The notes under the pieces are model-generated. The model saw nothing but the letters and a program-made list of their open reading frames with translations, was not told where the DNA came from and did not search any database. A program made the position numbers and the translations under genes. Of a DNA stretch of 64,000 nucleotides, positions 8,685-17,965 are shown piece by piece (positions within the stretch are counted from its first letter, which is position 1; the number at the start of each line of letters is the position of its first letter). The DNA lies in contig MEWB01000001.1 of the NCBI GenBank assembly GCA_001773215.1, positions 242,488-306,487 on the forward strand, read 5' to 3'. Source of the stretch: a candidate division WWE3 bacterium RIFOXYC1_FULL_40_10 (GTDB lineage Bacteria > Patescibacteriota > WWE3 > UBA101185 > UBA10185).

Positions 8685-9896
8685 TTACTCGCATATTTTA
8701 TAAAATTTTCTCTTTCCAAACTTAACAACATCACCGGCAGAAAATGTAGTTACAATATCAGGTTGGATAATTTTGCTTCCGTTTAGTTCTACTCCGCCCT
8801 GCTCGATCATTCTCTTTATTTGGGAAGCGGACTCTTTTCCGTTTGTTACGTTTTTTAAAAATTCAAAAATACTCATGTCTCCTGCCACTTTTGTATCTTC
8901 TGCATTTTCTTCGTCTGCTTGGCCATGCTGCACCGTGTTTTCAAAATGTTTCTGTGCATCTTCAGCGCTTTTTTTGCCTTTAATTACTTTAACCACCTCG
9001 AATGACATTATTTTCTTGTAAGTCATTGGGTTTTTTCCCGAGTCCATGTCTGTTTGCATTTCCGCGATGTCTTCCAAAGAAACATCGGTTAACAAGCGCA
9101 GTGCTTTGAAAATTAGCTCATCTGGGTAGCTCATGGCCTTTCCATACATATCGTTAGCAGTATCTCCCAAATTAATGCCGTTTCCTTTACTTTTACTCAT
9201 TGTTCTGGCATCGGGTGCTTCCATTAGCTCATTAGTCCGCACAAACAATTCTTTGTTTAGCATTCGCTTTACCATATCCCTGCCGAACAACATGTTAAAG
9301 GTTTGATCAGTTCCCCCCATTTGTAAATCCACTTCCATATTCACTGCATCAAATCCTTGGAGTAGCGGGTAGATAAACTCTCTAAGCTGAATAGGCTCTT
9401 TTGCTTGCAATCGTTTTGCAAATAAATCTCTTTCCATCATCTGTTGAACAGTAGTCATCGACATAAGTTCGATTATATTTTCAAGTTTAAGTTGAGAGAG
9501 CCAGTCGAAATTATGCTTAAACTGCACAGGATTTTCGCCATCAAAATCAATTAGCTGGGCTGCCTGCTTCTTCCATTCGTTCATGTTGTGTTCAACTTGC
9601 TCGGCTGTTAAAAAGTCCCGGGTTTTATCTTTGTCGGGGTCCCCTACTCTTGCGGTAAAGTCTCCAACCAAAAAAATCACTTCGTGACCTAGTTTTTGTA
9701 AAATACTCATGGCGCGGATACCCATAGCATGGCCTACATGTAAATAAGGACCGGTGGGATCAAAGCCTTGGTACACTCTGATTCTAGCCCCCGACATTAA
9801 TTTTTGTCTTAAAAGCTCGGTTGTAGGATAAACTGCTTCGACACCTCGGGTTAAAAATAAATCTATTAGCTTTTCGTCGGTTAAAACTTTACCCAT
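8685..9896 (-). CDS. tyrS: Tyrosyl-tRNA synthetase with C-terminal S4 domain
   Basis: 403 aa; HIGH motif (HVGH) and KMSKS motif present. Confidence 0.92.
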   Translation of the reverse strand: MGKVLTDEKLIDLFLTRGVEAVYPTTELLRQKLMSGARIRVYQGFDPTGPYLHVGHAMGIRAMSILQKLGHEVIFLVGDFTARVGDPDKDKTRDFLTAEQVEHNMNEWKKQAAQLIDFDGENPVQFKHNFDWLSQLKLENIIELMSMTTVQQMMERDLFAKRLQAKEPIQLREFIYPLLQGFDAVNMEVDLQMGGTDQTFNMLFGRDMVKRMLNKELFVRTNELMEAPDARTMSKSKGNGINLGDTANDMYGKAMSYPDELIFKALRLLTDVSLEDIAEMQTDMDSGKNPMTYKKIMSFEVVKVIKGKKSAEDAQKHFENTVQHGQADEENAEDTKVAGDMSIFEFLKNVTNGKESASQIKRMIEQGGVELNGSKIIQPDIVTTFSAGDVVKFGKRKFYKICE

Positions 9897-9975
9897 GTGT
9901 TCATAGTATATATTAATTCGGTGTGAAAAAGATAGATCCCGGGGAAATTTGTGTTTCCTCCGGGATCCATGAATA

Positions 9976-10305
9976 CTAGCTATTTAAAACGCGCAGTAGA
10001 GATTCTTGCAGTTTTTGCGCAATTTGTTTCTTTGCTTCATTGTTGAGTTTCAGGCAAGCGAATGTACCATTGCCCAGAGCAGCGATAACAGTGGCTTTAA
10101 GTTTAGGGGCTTCGAACTTACCTTTAGCATTCGCGGGTACACGCTCTGCGCGTAGCCCACAAATCCATACCACACCGTCCACCAAAATAGAAATATTGTC
10201 CAGAATGGTGCCGCTTTTTCCAAGTTCCCCACCGGCAAAAGTGAATGTCCTACCGCCGCACTCGCGGATGGTCCTTACTACGGGGTGGTTATCAAAAAAG
10301 CACAT
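9976..10305 (-). CDS. Hypothetical protein (109 aa), higher-GC
   Basis: ORF track; no recognised motif. Confidence 0.45.
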   Translation of the reverse strand: MCFFDNHPVVRTIRECGGRTFTFAGGELGKSGTILDNISILVDGVVWICGLRAERVPANAKGKFEAPKLKATVIAALGNGTFACLKLNNEAKKQIAQKLQESLLRVLNS

Positions 10306-10440
10306 TTTCTCATTCCTTCCTTTGTTGGGATGTAATCCAGGGATAGATTATTAGCACAAATTGGGTCAAAGTGCAATGTGTGGTACAATATTTGCCAACT
10401 ATGGGGTCATCCCTATAAAATCCTAAGAATAGGTGGAGGT

Positions 10441-11343
10441 ATGTTTATGAAGGATAAACTGGTTTTCACGGGTATTGCCACTCCTGGTGCTTTTAATGCT
10501 GGGGAGGATATTTTGGGTCCGGATCGGGTTTATCATGCTGTTCCAGGTAACAAACTGCAGGAGCAATTTGTAGTAGTACTGCCCAAGTGGATCACGCATG
10601 TGTCTTGGCTACTTTCGTCGAAGGAGGTCAAGTTTGGTAGGGATCAGGAATTTGACACAATTGTGACCTTTATTTTGGAAGATGCTGTAGAGTTCCTCGC
10701 CCATTACGGAATCGAGAGTTCAATCGATAGTCTCCCTCCGGATGCTTTTATCATGGCATGCGTTTTGGCGCTCAAGTTTAAGTGGAAATTCGAGGGCTAT
10801 TCTTCGGAAACTCCCAGCGGGTACCCAGCAGTTACGATGACAGGTGGTACCAATGGTTATTTCCTGGATTCAGCGCATCCTATAATTTCGGTAGAGCTGG
10901 ATAATGGTGACCAAGTCGTGATGTGCGAAGCGGATCCTGTGGCGGATGAGCTGACTTTAAAAAGTCATTCTGAAACACTACTCAAGGTCCTAGCTCGGGA
11001 ACGGTCTTATGAAGTCGATGCAATTTTTCCCAAGCTCGAGATTAAGGCTACTCAGAACCAGACTTGGATGAAGAACTTGTGGACTACCGTGCACAAAACC
11101 GGCAGGAAAGCATGGATATTGGAGGCATACCTGCATCTGATTCTAAACATGAATCATGTTGGGATCGAAGCAGTTTTGGGACAAGAGGCATCCATGATGC
11201 TCGAGTGTGCATCAGCCAAGCCAACAGTGATCATCGACGAATCCTTCAACTTAATATACTGTCGGGGAGGAAAGATGCTTTTTAGTGTGCACATCCCCAA
11301 GGATCACGCTTACTGGGCAGATCCCGGCGAAATTAAGTTTTAG
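10441..11343 (+). CDS. Hypothetical protein (300 aa; start at MFMKDK behind AGGTGGAGG SD)
   Basis: ORF 10378..11343 with internal ATG preceded by strong SD; terminator immediately after. Confidence 0.55.
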   Translation: MFMKDKLVFTGIATPGAFNAGEDILGPDRVYHAVPGNKLQEQFVVVLPKWITHVSWLLSSKEVKFGRDQEFDTIVTFILEDAVEFLAHYGIESSIDSLPPDAFIMACVLALKFKWKFEGYSSETPSGYPAVTMTGGTNGYFLDSAHPIISVELDNGDQVVMCEADPVADELTLKSHSETLLKVLARERSYEVDAIFPKLEIKATQNQTWMKNLWTTVHKTGRKAWILEAYLHLILNMNHVGIEAVLGQEASMMLECASAKPTVIIDESFNLIYCRGGKMLFSVHIPKDHAYWADPGEIKF

Positions 11344-11351
11344 TGTTATTT

Positions 11352-11388
11352 GACCCCGTTTCGAAAAACGAACCGGGGTCTTTTTTTG
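11352..11388 (+). terminator. Rho-independent terminator (GACCCCGTTTCG...CGAACCGGGGTC + T7)
   Basis: Long GC-rich hairpin followed by TTTTTTT. Confidence 0.55.
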
Positions 11389-11401
11389 GTATAATGATCA
11401 C

Positions 11402-14122
11402 ATGATTTATCAGCCTCATGGGCTTGGTACGAAAATTAGGGCCTTTTTAAATAGACTAACTTCTGGCAAAATTACACAGCTGGGAACAAATTACGTTACT
11501 TCCCAATTTAAAAAAGTGCCTAAAAGATCAAGAAAAAAGTTATTAATAGTTTTAACATACGCGTCTTCTTTTGTGATGGCCACAACTGTAATAGTATTCT
11601 TTGGGGTAATTTTCGTTTTTGCCTATTTCTCCCGCCAGTTGCCAAGCCCTAACACATTGCTGGAGAGAAGCGACGAGCTTTCTACAAGGTATTACGATCG
11701 CAAAGGCACGCTCATTTTTGAGCAATTCGGAGAAAAAAACAGAACACTAGTTAAATACGAAGATATTCCTCAATCTGTAATTGACGCCACACTTGCCACC
11801 GAGGACGCCGAATTCTATACACATCAAGGATTCTCACCACGCGGTATGCTAAGAGCCATTAGAAACATGATTACAGGTGAAGGTGGCATCCAAAGCGGGT
11901 CGACACTTACACAGCAGGCCATAAAAAATACTCTATTAACCTCCGAACAAACCGTAGTGCGTAAAATTAAAGAACTAATCTTGTCTTTACAGCTGGAGAA
12001 TCGGTACTCAAAAGAAGAAATAATTCAGATGTATTTAAACGAAACTCCTTACGGTGGCCAAAACTATGGAATCTATTCTGCGGCCAAAGCATACTTCAAC
12101 AAAGAACCCAAAGAGCTTACAACTGCGGAATCAGCCTATATAGCAGGGTTGCCCCAAAGTCCGAGTAGGTATTCCCAATTTGGTATAACTCCCGAGCTTG
12201 GTATCGAACGAAAAAATTATGTGTTATATCTGATGAACTCTAGAGGTTGGGTCGGGGATGATGGAAAGCGGCATTTTCTGAATAATGAGGAGTACGAGAA
12301 GGTTAAAGCAGAAACATTAACATTTGAGACTGCAAAAATTCCTTTGGCAGCACCGCACTTTGTTTTTTATACAAAGCAGTATTTATCGGATATTTTGGGT
12401 GAGCAACTGGTCGAAAACGGTGGTTTGCGAATAATGACAACTTTGGATTTGGATACTCACTCAATGGCACAAAAAATAGTTGAGGAAGAGGTGGATAAAG
12501 CGAAGGATGCGAATTTGAACTTATATAACGGGTCAATGGTTGTGCTTGATCCGAAGACTGGGCAAATATTATCTATGGTAGGTAGCCGAGGCTATAATCT
12601 TGATCCAGAGCCTTTGGGTTGTACTCCGGGAGGCTCAGGAACAGCAGGCTGTAAATTTGATCCGTATGTTAATGTGGCAACTTCTAGGAGACAGCCGGGG
12701 TCTTCAATTAAACCGATCACATATGCGACATTGCTATCTAAAGGCTACACTGCAGCTACACCGCTGATAGATGTGAGAACTAAATTTAAAGGAAGTGCCC
12801 CGGATAAACCCTACTCTCCTGTTAATTATGATGGTCAGTATAGGGGGGTTATGCCGGTAAGAAAATCTTTGGCAAATTCACTCAATGTTGCGGCCGTAAA
12901 AGCTTTGGATTTGGTTGGTATAAGTTCGATGGTGGATCAGGCTGAGAAAATGGGAATTACAACCTTTGATGATAAACAAAACTATGGTTTGGCAATAACC
13001 TTGGGGGGTGTTGAGGCAAGATTGTTAGACCTAACTGCCTCCTACACTGTATTTGCCAATAAAGGAACATATAATAAGCCAACACCGATTCTAGAGGTTC
13101 AGAATTCAAAAGGCGAGGTGATCTACAGGCCTACTACTCCGCCCAAGAAAGTTTTGGATGAGGGCGTAGCATTTATCATTTCCGATATTTTATCTGATGA
13201 TGGGGCTCGCTCTGAAGCATTCGGTACTCACAGCCTCTTATATATTCCGGGGTATCAGGTAGCAGTAAAAACCGGTACAACAGATGAAAAAAAGGACAAC
13301 TACGCTGTAGGGTATACGCCTTATATTGCTGCCGGAGTTTGGGTTGGCAATAATAACAATGAACCTATGAATCAGTATATTGCGTCAGGTATATCGGGTG
13401 CTTCCCCTATTTGGAACAGATTTATGAAGGAATATTTGGCTACTTTAGATGAAAAAGCCAAGACTCCTGAAAAATTCGATCCCCCTGCAAATGTCTCTAA
13501 AATTACTGTGGATTCTCTTTCGGGTATGCTTCCCTACGAAGACCAACCAACGCGTGGGGAGTGGTTTGTAAAAGGCACTGAGCCAACAACCAGAAGTGCA
13601 TGGTACGAAAGACTAGAAATTTGTGAAGTGGACGGGAGAATAGCCAACGACAGTTGCAGAAATGCAGACAAGACTGAGGAAAAAAACTACATTGACATTA
13701 GGGAACACAAACCCGAATGGCAGGCATATGTTGATGAGTGGGTCAAAAAGGAAAAAGGCGGAGATAGTAAGTATTATCCTCCTACGATGGTGTCAGCACT
13801 GGAATTCGAAGGGGACGAAGTGAAAAATAAGGATAATGTGTCTGTAAAAGCTTATGTTACCGGGTTTGAAGAAGGAAAATCTGTTCCGCTGGACTTTCGT
13901 ATAAAAGTGGAAACTTCAACTTACGAGGATATTGAGGTTATTAGGTTTTATAAGGATGGTGAGAAGGTTGGGGAAGATTCAAACGAGCCTTTTGGATATA
14001 CTTTCTCATTGGGAGCCTCCGATATAGGTAAGCACGAGTTTAAAGTGTCTGCAACCGATGAAAAAGGTAATAAAGGTGAGACTAAGTTTATCTTAGATGT
14101 AACAGGCTACGCGCGGGAGTGA
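11402..14122 (+). CDS. Class A penicillin-binding protein (PBP1A-type transglycosylase/transpeptidase) with C-terminal Ig-like extension
   Basis: 906 aa; N-terminal TM; GT51 motifs (EDAEFYTHQGFSPRGMLRA, GGSTLTQQ); transpeptidase SxxK (SSIKP), SxN, KTGT. Confidence 0.9.
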   Translation: MIYQPHGLGTKIRAFLNRLTSGKITQLGTNYVTSQFKKVPKRSRKKLLIVLTYASSFVMATTVIVFFGVIFVFAYFSRQLPSPNTLLERSDELSTRYYDRKGTLIFEQFGEKNRTLVKYEDIPQSVIDATLATEDAEFYTHQGFSPRGMLRAIRNMITGEGGIQSGSTLTQQAIKNTLLTSEQTVVRKIKELILSLQLENRYSKEEIIQMYLNETPYGGQNYGIYSAAKAYFNKEPKELTTAESAYIAGLPQSPSRYSQFGITPELGIERKNYVLYLMNSRGWVGDDGKRHFLNNEEYEKVKAETLTFETAKIPLAAPHFVFYTKQYLSDILGEQLVENGGLRIMTTLDLDTHSMAQKIVEEEVDKAKDANLNLYNGSMVVLDPKTGQILSMVGSRGYNLDPEPLGCTPGGSGTAGCKFDPYVNVATSRRQPGSSIKPITYATLLSKGYTAATPLIDVRTKFKGSAPDKPYSPVNYDGQYRGVMPVRKSLANSLNVAAVKALDLVGISSMVDQAEKMGITTFDDKQNYGLAITLGGVEARLLDLTASYTVFANKGTYNKPTPILEVQNSKGEVIYRPTTPPKKVLDEGVAFIISDILSDDGARSEAFGTHSLLYIPGYQVAVKTGTTDEKKDNYAVGYTPYIAAGVWVGNNNNEPMNQYIASGISGASPIWNRFMKEYLATLDEKAKTPEKFDPPANVSKITVDSLSGMLPYEDQPTRGEWFVKGTEPTTRSAWYERLEICEVDGRIANDSCRNADKTEEKNYIDIREHKPEWQAYVDEWVKKEKGGDSKYYPPTMVSALEFEGDEVKNKDNVSVKAYVTGFEEGKSVPLDFRIKVETSTYEDIEVIRFYKDGEKVGEDSNEPFGYTFSLGASDIGKHEFKVSATDEKGNKGETKFILDVTGYARE

Positions 14123-14176
14123 TGTCATCAAATTTATTGTTGTTTCTACCGGTTTTTTTGTTTACACTTTATCTTA

Positions 14177-15829
14177 ATGCCCTATCTTAATAGATTATAT
14201 TTTTATCTTGTGTTGGTTGTGTTGTCTGTTTATCTTTTACCTGTTTCCGCCAGCACCAAGAAGCATTTTTACAACAATGGGGATGTGCTGTCTACGGTGG
14301 AAATTAATAATACTACCGAAAACGGTCCTGTTACCGTTGCTAATGACTATTATGGTATTGCAACAGCGAATATTGGTGATTTGGACGGAGATGGTATACA
14401 GGATCTTGCAGTGGCTGCAATGAGAGAGAGCAGCCAGGGTAGTTTAAAAGGTGCCGTCTATATTCATTACTTGAACAGGGATGGATCCGTAAAGGGTACA
14501 GTCAAAATCGATGATAGTACAACAAATGGTCCTGTACTAACGAACGAGGATTACTATGGACAAGGAATTACGGGAATAGGAGATTTGGACGGCGATGGAA
14601 CACTAGATCTCGCAGTGGGCGCTATTGGGGATGATAATGGCGGAAGTAGTCGGGGAGCGGTTCATATTCATTTTATGAACAGAAACGGTTCCATTAAAAG
14701 TACAGTCGAGATTAACGACAGCACCACAAATGGTCCTGACTTAACTGACTCGGACAATTACGGGTCTTCAACGGACAATATTGGAGATTTAGATGGTGAC
14801 GGAATAAATGATTTGGTGGTGGGTGCGGCGGGAGATGATAATGGTGGAAGTGGAAAGGGTGCTGTGCATATTCACTTTATGAACCAGAACGGTTCAATTA
14901 AGAGCACTGTGGAAATTAACGATAGTACCGAAGACGGTCCTGTGCTGACAGCAGGTGATTTCTACGGCAGATCGGTAGCTAATATAGGAGACCTGGATGG
15001 AGACGGTATCCAGGATTTAGCAGTGGGTACAATATACTCGGATAGTGGTGGCCAAGATCGCGGAACCATTTACATTCACTTCTTAAACAGGAACGGTTCC
15101 GTGAAAAGTACAGTCAAAATTGATGGTAGTACAACGAAGGGGCCCGTGCTTAATGACATAGATTATTACGGCATATCAATAACAAGTATTGGCGATTTGG
15201 ACATGGACGGCATACAGGAAATCGCGGTAGGGGCTTATGGCGATGACAACGGCGGGAATGCGCGTGGTACTGTGCATATTCACTTTATGAACCGGAACGG
15301 ATCGATTAAAAATACTATGGAAATAAACACGAACACGCCTAACGGTCCCCTACTAAGTACTGGCGACATGTTAGGTTATGGGATCTCCTCCATAGGAGAT
15401 CTTAACAACGACGGCATTCGAGATTTAGTAGTGGGTGCCACAGGAGACGATGCAGGTGGGTCTAATAAGGGAGCGGTACACATTCTCTTCATGAAACCCT
15501 ATTACACACTTACGTTTCTCAAGGATACCTCCTGCAAAGATAGAGAACCGGAAGAAACTACTTGGATTCAGCTTGAACCTAAAGACAATGGGATGAATCT
15601 AACCTGGACACAATATGATTCCCAACATGTGAGAATAAGGATTGATGATGGAACAGGAAATTACCCATGGGAAATGAGCAAAGCATCAAATGATGGACAT
15701 GAATTTTTACCCAATGTTGCCTCATGGCAGAAGATAAAACTTAGGGGAGTTAACGGATGCAGAGAAGGAGAGTTTTCGGAGGAAGTTTCGTATGCGAGTT
15801 ATCCGACTGGGTGGTATAACAGCCAGTAG
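14177..15829 (+). CDS. Secreted FG-GAP / integrin-alpha-like seven-repeat beta-propeller protein with C-terminal beta-sandwich-like domain
   Basis: 550 aa; signal peptide; seven tandem ~70-aa repeats each with Ca-binding IGDLDGDGIxDLAVG and GAVHIHFMNRNGS motifs. Confidence 0.8.
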   Translation: MPYLNRLYFYLVLVVLSVYLLPVSASTKKHFYNNGDVLSTVEINNTTENGPVTVANDYYGIATANIGDLDGDGIQDLAVAAMRESSQGSLKGAVYIHYLNRDGSVKGTVKIDDSTTNGPVLTNEDYYGQGITGIGDLDGDGTLDLAVGAIGDDNGGSSRGAVHIHFMNRNGSIKSTVEINDSTTNGPDLTDSDNYGSSTDNIGDLDGDGINDLVVGAAGDDNGGSGKGAVHIHFMNQNGSIKSTVEINDSTEDGPVLTAGDFYGRSVANIGDLDGDGIQDLAVGTIYSDSGGQDRGTIYIHFLNRNGSVKSTVKIDGSTTKGPVLNDIDYYGISITSIGDLDMDGIQEIAVGAYGDDNGGNARGTVHIHFMNRNGSIKNTMEINTNTPNGPLLSTGDMLGYGISSIGDLNNDGIRDLVVGATGDDAGGSNKGAVHILFMKPYYTLTFLKDTSCKDREPEETTWIQLEPKDNGMNLTWTQYDSQHVRIRIDDGTGNYPWEMSKASNDGHEFLPNVASWQKIKLRGVNGCREGEFSEEVSYASYPTGWYNSQ

Positions 15830-15840
15830 TCGGCAAGTCC

Positions 15841-17730
15841 CTACCCGATATTTTGAATTTCTTTAGAGTCAATTTCACCCGTGTAATAAACCCTCACAGT
15901 AATAGCCTTTTCCTCATTGGACTTACGGTACTCCCCAATTATTTCAACTCTGTTAATTGAATTCGAGCTGTTCTTTATCTGTTCAAGTATTTCCCCAAAT
16001 TCCTTGGAAACAGGAATATTAAACGTAAAATCTTTTTCCGATTCACTATCATACGAAGTCAAAATTCTTGTCGGTAAGGCCTGATTTGCTATTAAGCTTT
16101 CGGTATTTAGCTCAAAACCGTTATATTTAATTACACCAGCTTCATTTCCGTTAATAAGTAGGTTTTTGTTTTCAACAGAGTAGCTTGTAATTCCCAAGTT
16201 AAACAACAATCCGCTTAATATCTCTTTTGTGATTTTACTAATCTCGTAAGGAGTTTTATCCTTTTCCCAAAAAACCCCACAAACCTTTCTGATTTCAGAA
16301 TAATCCGAGTAATTTCTGCTTCCCACAGAACTTGTATTGTAAACCCTGCCTAGTTCGTAAAGTTTTACGCTATCTTGCTTATGTTTTTTATATTCCAAAA
16401 TCACCGGTTCCAAAGTTTCAAACAGTGAAGTTCGCATGGCGCCTTTCTCAGAACTTAAAGCATTTTCCAACAAAACCTGAGAATCCTTTCTATCATCCGT
16501 TTTTACCAACGGATCCGTTATAAACCCATGTAATCCCAAATTAACCAATATATCTCTTAATTTTTCCTCAAAAATATAAATAGCCGGTGTGATTTCACTG
16601 GGCGGAGTAAACGGCACTATAGCAGTGGGAATGTTAGCGTAATTATTTATCCTAAGAACATCCGCTATGATGTCATCCTCAACTTCGATATCAGTTCTAT
16701 AATATGGAATTTCCAATTTCAACCCTTCATTTGTCTTCTCTATCACCTTGTATCCCAGCTTACTCAAAATCGAATCTATTTTGTCCAGGTGTATAAGCAT
16801 TCCAGACACTTTTTCCAATCTTGAATAAGTAAAGTCTAACTGCTTGTATCCCAAAGGATTTTCATACCAGTCTTCGTTATCGAAACAAGTTCCGCCGGCT
16901 AGCTCTAATATCAATTGTGATGCACGTTCTATTGCAATTTTGGCCAGTTCCGGGTGTAAATATTTGTCGTACCTTAAAACAGTTTCGTTTTGAATTTTAA
17001 GCTTTCTCGAAGTTTTTCGGATATTTGTTTGATTATAATTTCCTGCATCCAAAACAATTTTCGTAGTTGCTTCATCAACTCCCGTTCCAGCCCCGCCTAC
17101 AATGCCGCCTATAACAGTGGGTTTGTCGTTTTGCGTTAACACAAATGCGCTTTCATCGAGTTTTACAGTTTCACCAAGAAGAGTAACAACGCTTTCGCCC
17201 TGTCTTGCCCTACGAATGATAATTTCGGGCTTTTCCATTTTATCTATATCTTGGGCATGCATCGGCTGGCCTGTTTCTACCATCACGTAATTTGTAATAT
17301 CCACAACATTATTTATGCTGGGTATTCCATAAGCTTCTAATCTGTTTTTAAGCCAAATCGGCGAGGGTCCAACTTTTAGATCTGTAAAAACACGGGTGTA
17401 AAAACGGTTAACTAAGTCGGGGCATTCAACCTTAATTTCCACTTTTGTGTCATTTCCCTGCTTTCTGCACTCGGTTCTAGTTTGAGACGGCAGTTTTAGT
17501 TCGCTGTTTTCAAAAGCCGCAAAATCTCTTGCACATCCAATAATCGAAAGCCAATCCGATCTGTCCATTCTATGTTCCAAATCTAAAACACTTGTTTCAT
17601 ACCCATCGTTTTTGTATTCATAAATGGGTTTATCTAATAAAAGGCCCAAAGCCGTGAATGAATCAGCGATCTCTTTTGGAGATTTGTCGGTTTGTACATA
17701 TTCTTTTAGCCATTCAATAGGTATTTTCAT
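15841..17730 (-). CDS. pheT: Phenylalanyl-tRNA synthetase beta subunit (short form)
   Basis: 629 aa; N-terminus MKIPIEWLKEYV typical of PheT; downstream of pheS. Confidence 0.9.
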   Translation of the reverse strand: MKIPIEWLKEYVQTDKSPKEIADSFTALGLLLDKPIYEYKNDGYETSVLDLEHRMDRSDWLSIIGCARDFAAFENSELKLPSQTRTECRKQGNDTKVEIKVECPDLVNRFYTRVFTDLKVGPSPIWLKNRLEAYGIPSINNVVDITNYVMVETGQPMHAQDIDKMEKPEIIIRRARQGESVVTLLGETVKLDESAFVLTQNDKPTVIGGIVGGAGTGVDEATTKIVLDAGNYNQTNIRKTSRKLKIQNETVLRYDKYLHPELAKIAIERASQLILELAGGTCFDNEDWYENPLGYKQLDFTYSRLEKVSGMLIHLDKIDSILSKLGYKVIEKTNEGLKLEIPYYRTDIEVEDDIIADVLRINNYANIPTAIVPFTPPSEITPAIYIFEEKLRDILVNLGLHGFITDPLVKTDDRKDSQVLLENALSSEKGAMRTSLFETLEPVILEYKKHKQDSVKLYELGRVYNTSSVGSRNYSDYSEIRKVCGVFWEKDKTPYEISKITKEILSGLLFNLGITSYSVENKNLLINGNEAGVIKYNGFELNTESLIANQALPTRILTSYDSESEKDFTFNIPVSKEFGEILEQIKNSSNSINRVEIIGEYRKSNEEKAITVRVYYTGEIDSKEIQNIG

Positions 17731-17780
17731 CTTTGGTTCATTTTCTTTTTATATAATTACTTTTGCTCTGCGGGCCACCT

Positions 17781-17856
17781 GCCACTGTGGACTATTGGTT
17801 AAGTCGACTAGCCTGTCAACTAGTATAAGAGGGTTCGATCCCCTCCAGTGGCCCCA
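17781..17856 (+). tRNA. tRNA-like gene with perfect acceptor/D/anticodon/T stems but 8-nt anticodon loop CCTGTCAA (GTC = Asp if the extra nucleotide is ignored); CCA encoded
   Basis: GCCACTG/CAGTGGC acceptor, GACT/AGTC D stem, ACTAG/CTAGT anticodon stem, GAGGG-TTCGATC-CCCTC T arm; opposite strand to pheST. Confidence 0.5.
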
Positions 17857-17861
17857 GAGTA

Positions 17862-17889
17862 TTGACTACGTACCAATCTGTGTTAGAAT
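17862..17889 (+). promoter_or_regulatory. Sigma70-like promoter TTGACT-16nt-TAGAAT (TG-extended)
   Basis: Near-consensus -35 and -10 hexamers with 16-nt spacer immediately 3' of the tRNA-like gene. Confidence 0.35.
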
Positions 17890-17922
17890 AGTTTTAGTTG
17901 ACAGGCTGACTTAATTTTAAGT

Positions 17923-17953
17923 CACGGTTGAAAAGAACTCTCTTCGGGGAGTT
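17923..17953 (+). terminator. Rho-independent terminator (AAGAACTCTC-TTCG-GGGAGTTCTT + TTCTTTT)
   Basis: 10-bp stem, UUCG tetraloop, A-tract before and T-tract after on + strand. Confidence 0.5.
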
Positions 17954-17965
17954 CTTTTCTTTTGC

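Noticed and set aside
8560-8700. 45-codon ORF MRAKELAMMIILK... on plus strand overlapping the 3' end of tyrS
   Set aside because: It overlaps the tyrS stop region on the opposite strand and has no SD. It is probably a chance AT-rich frame.
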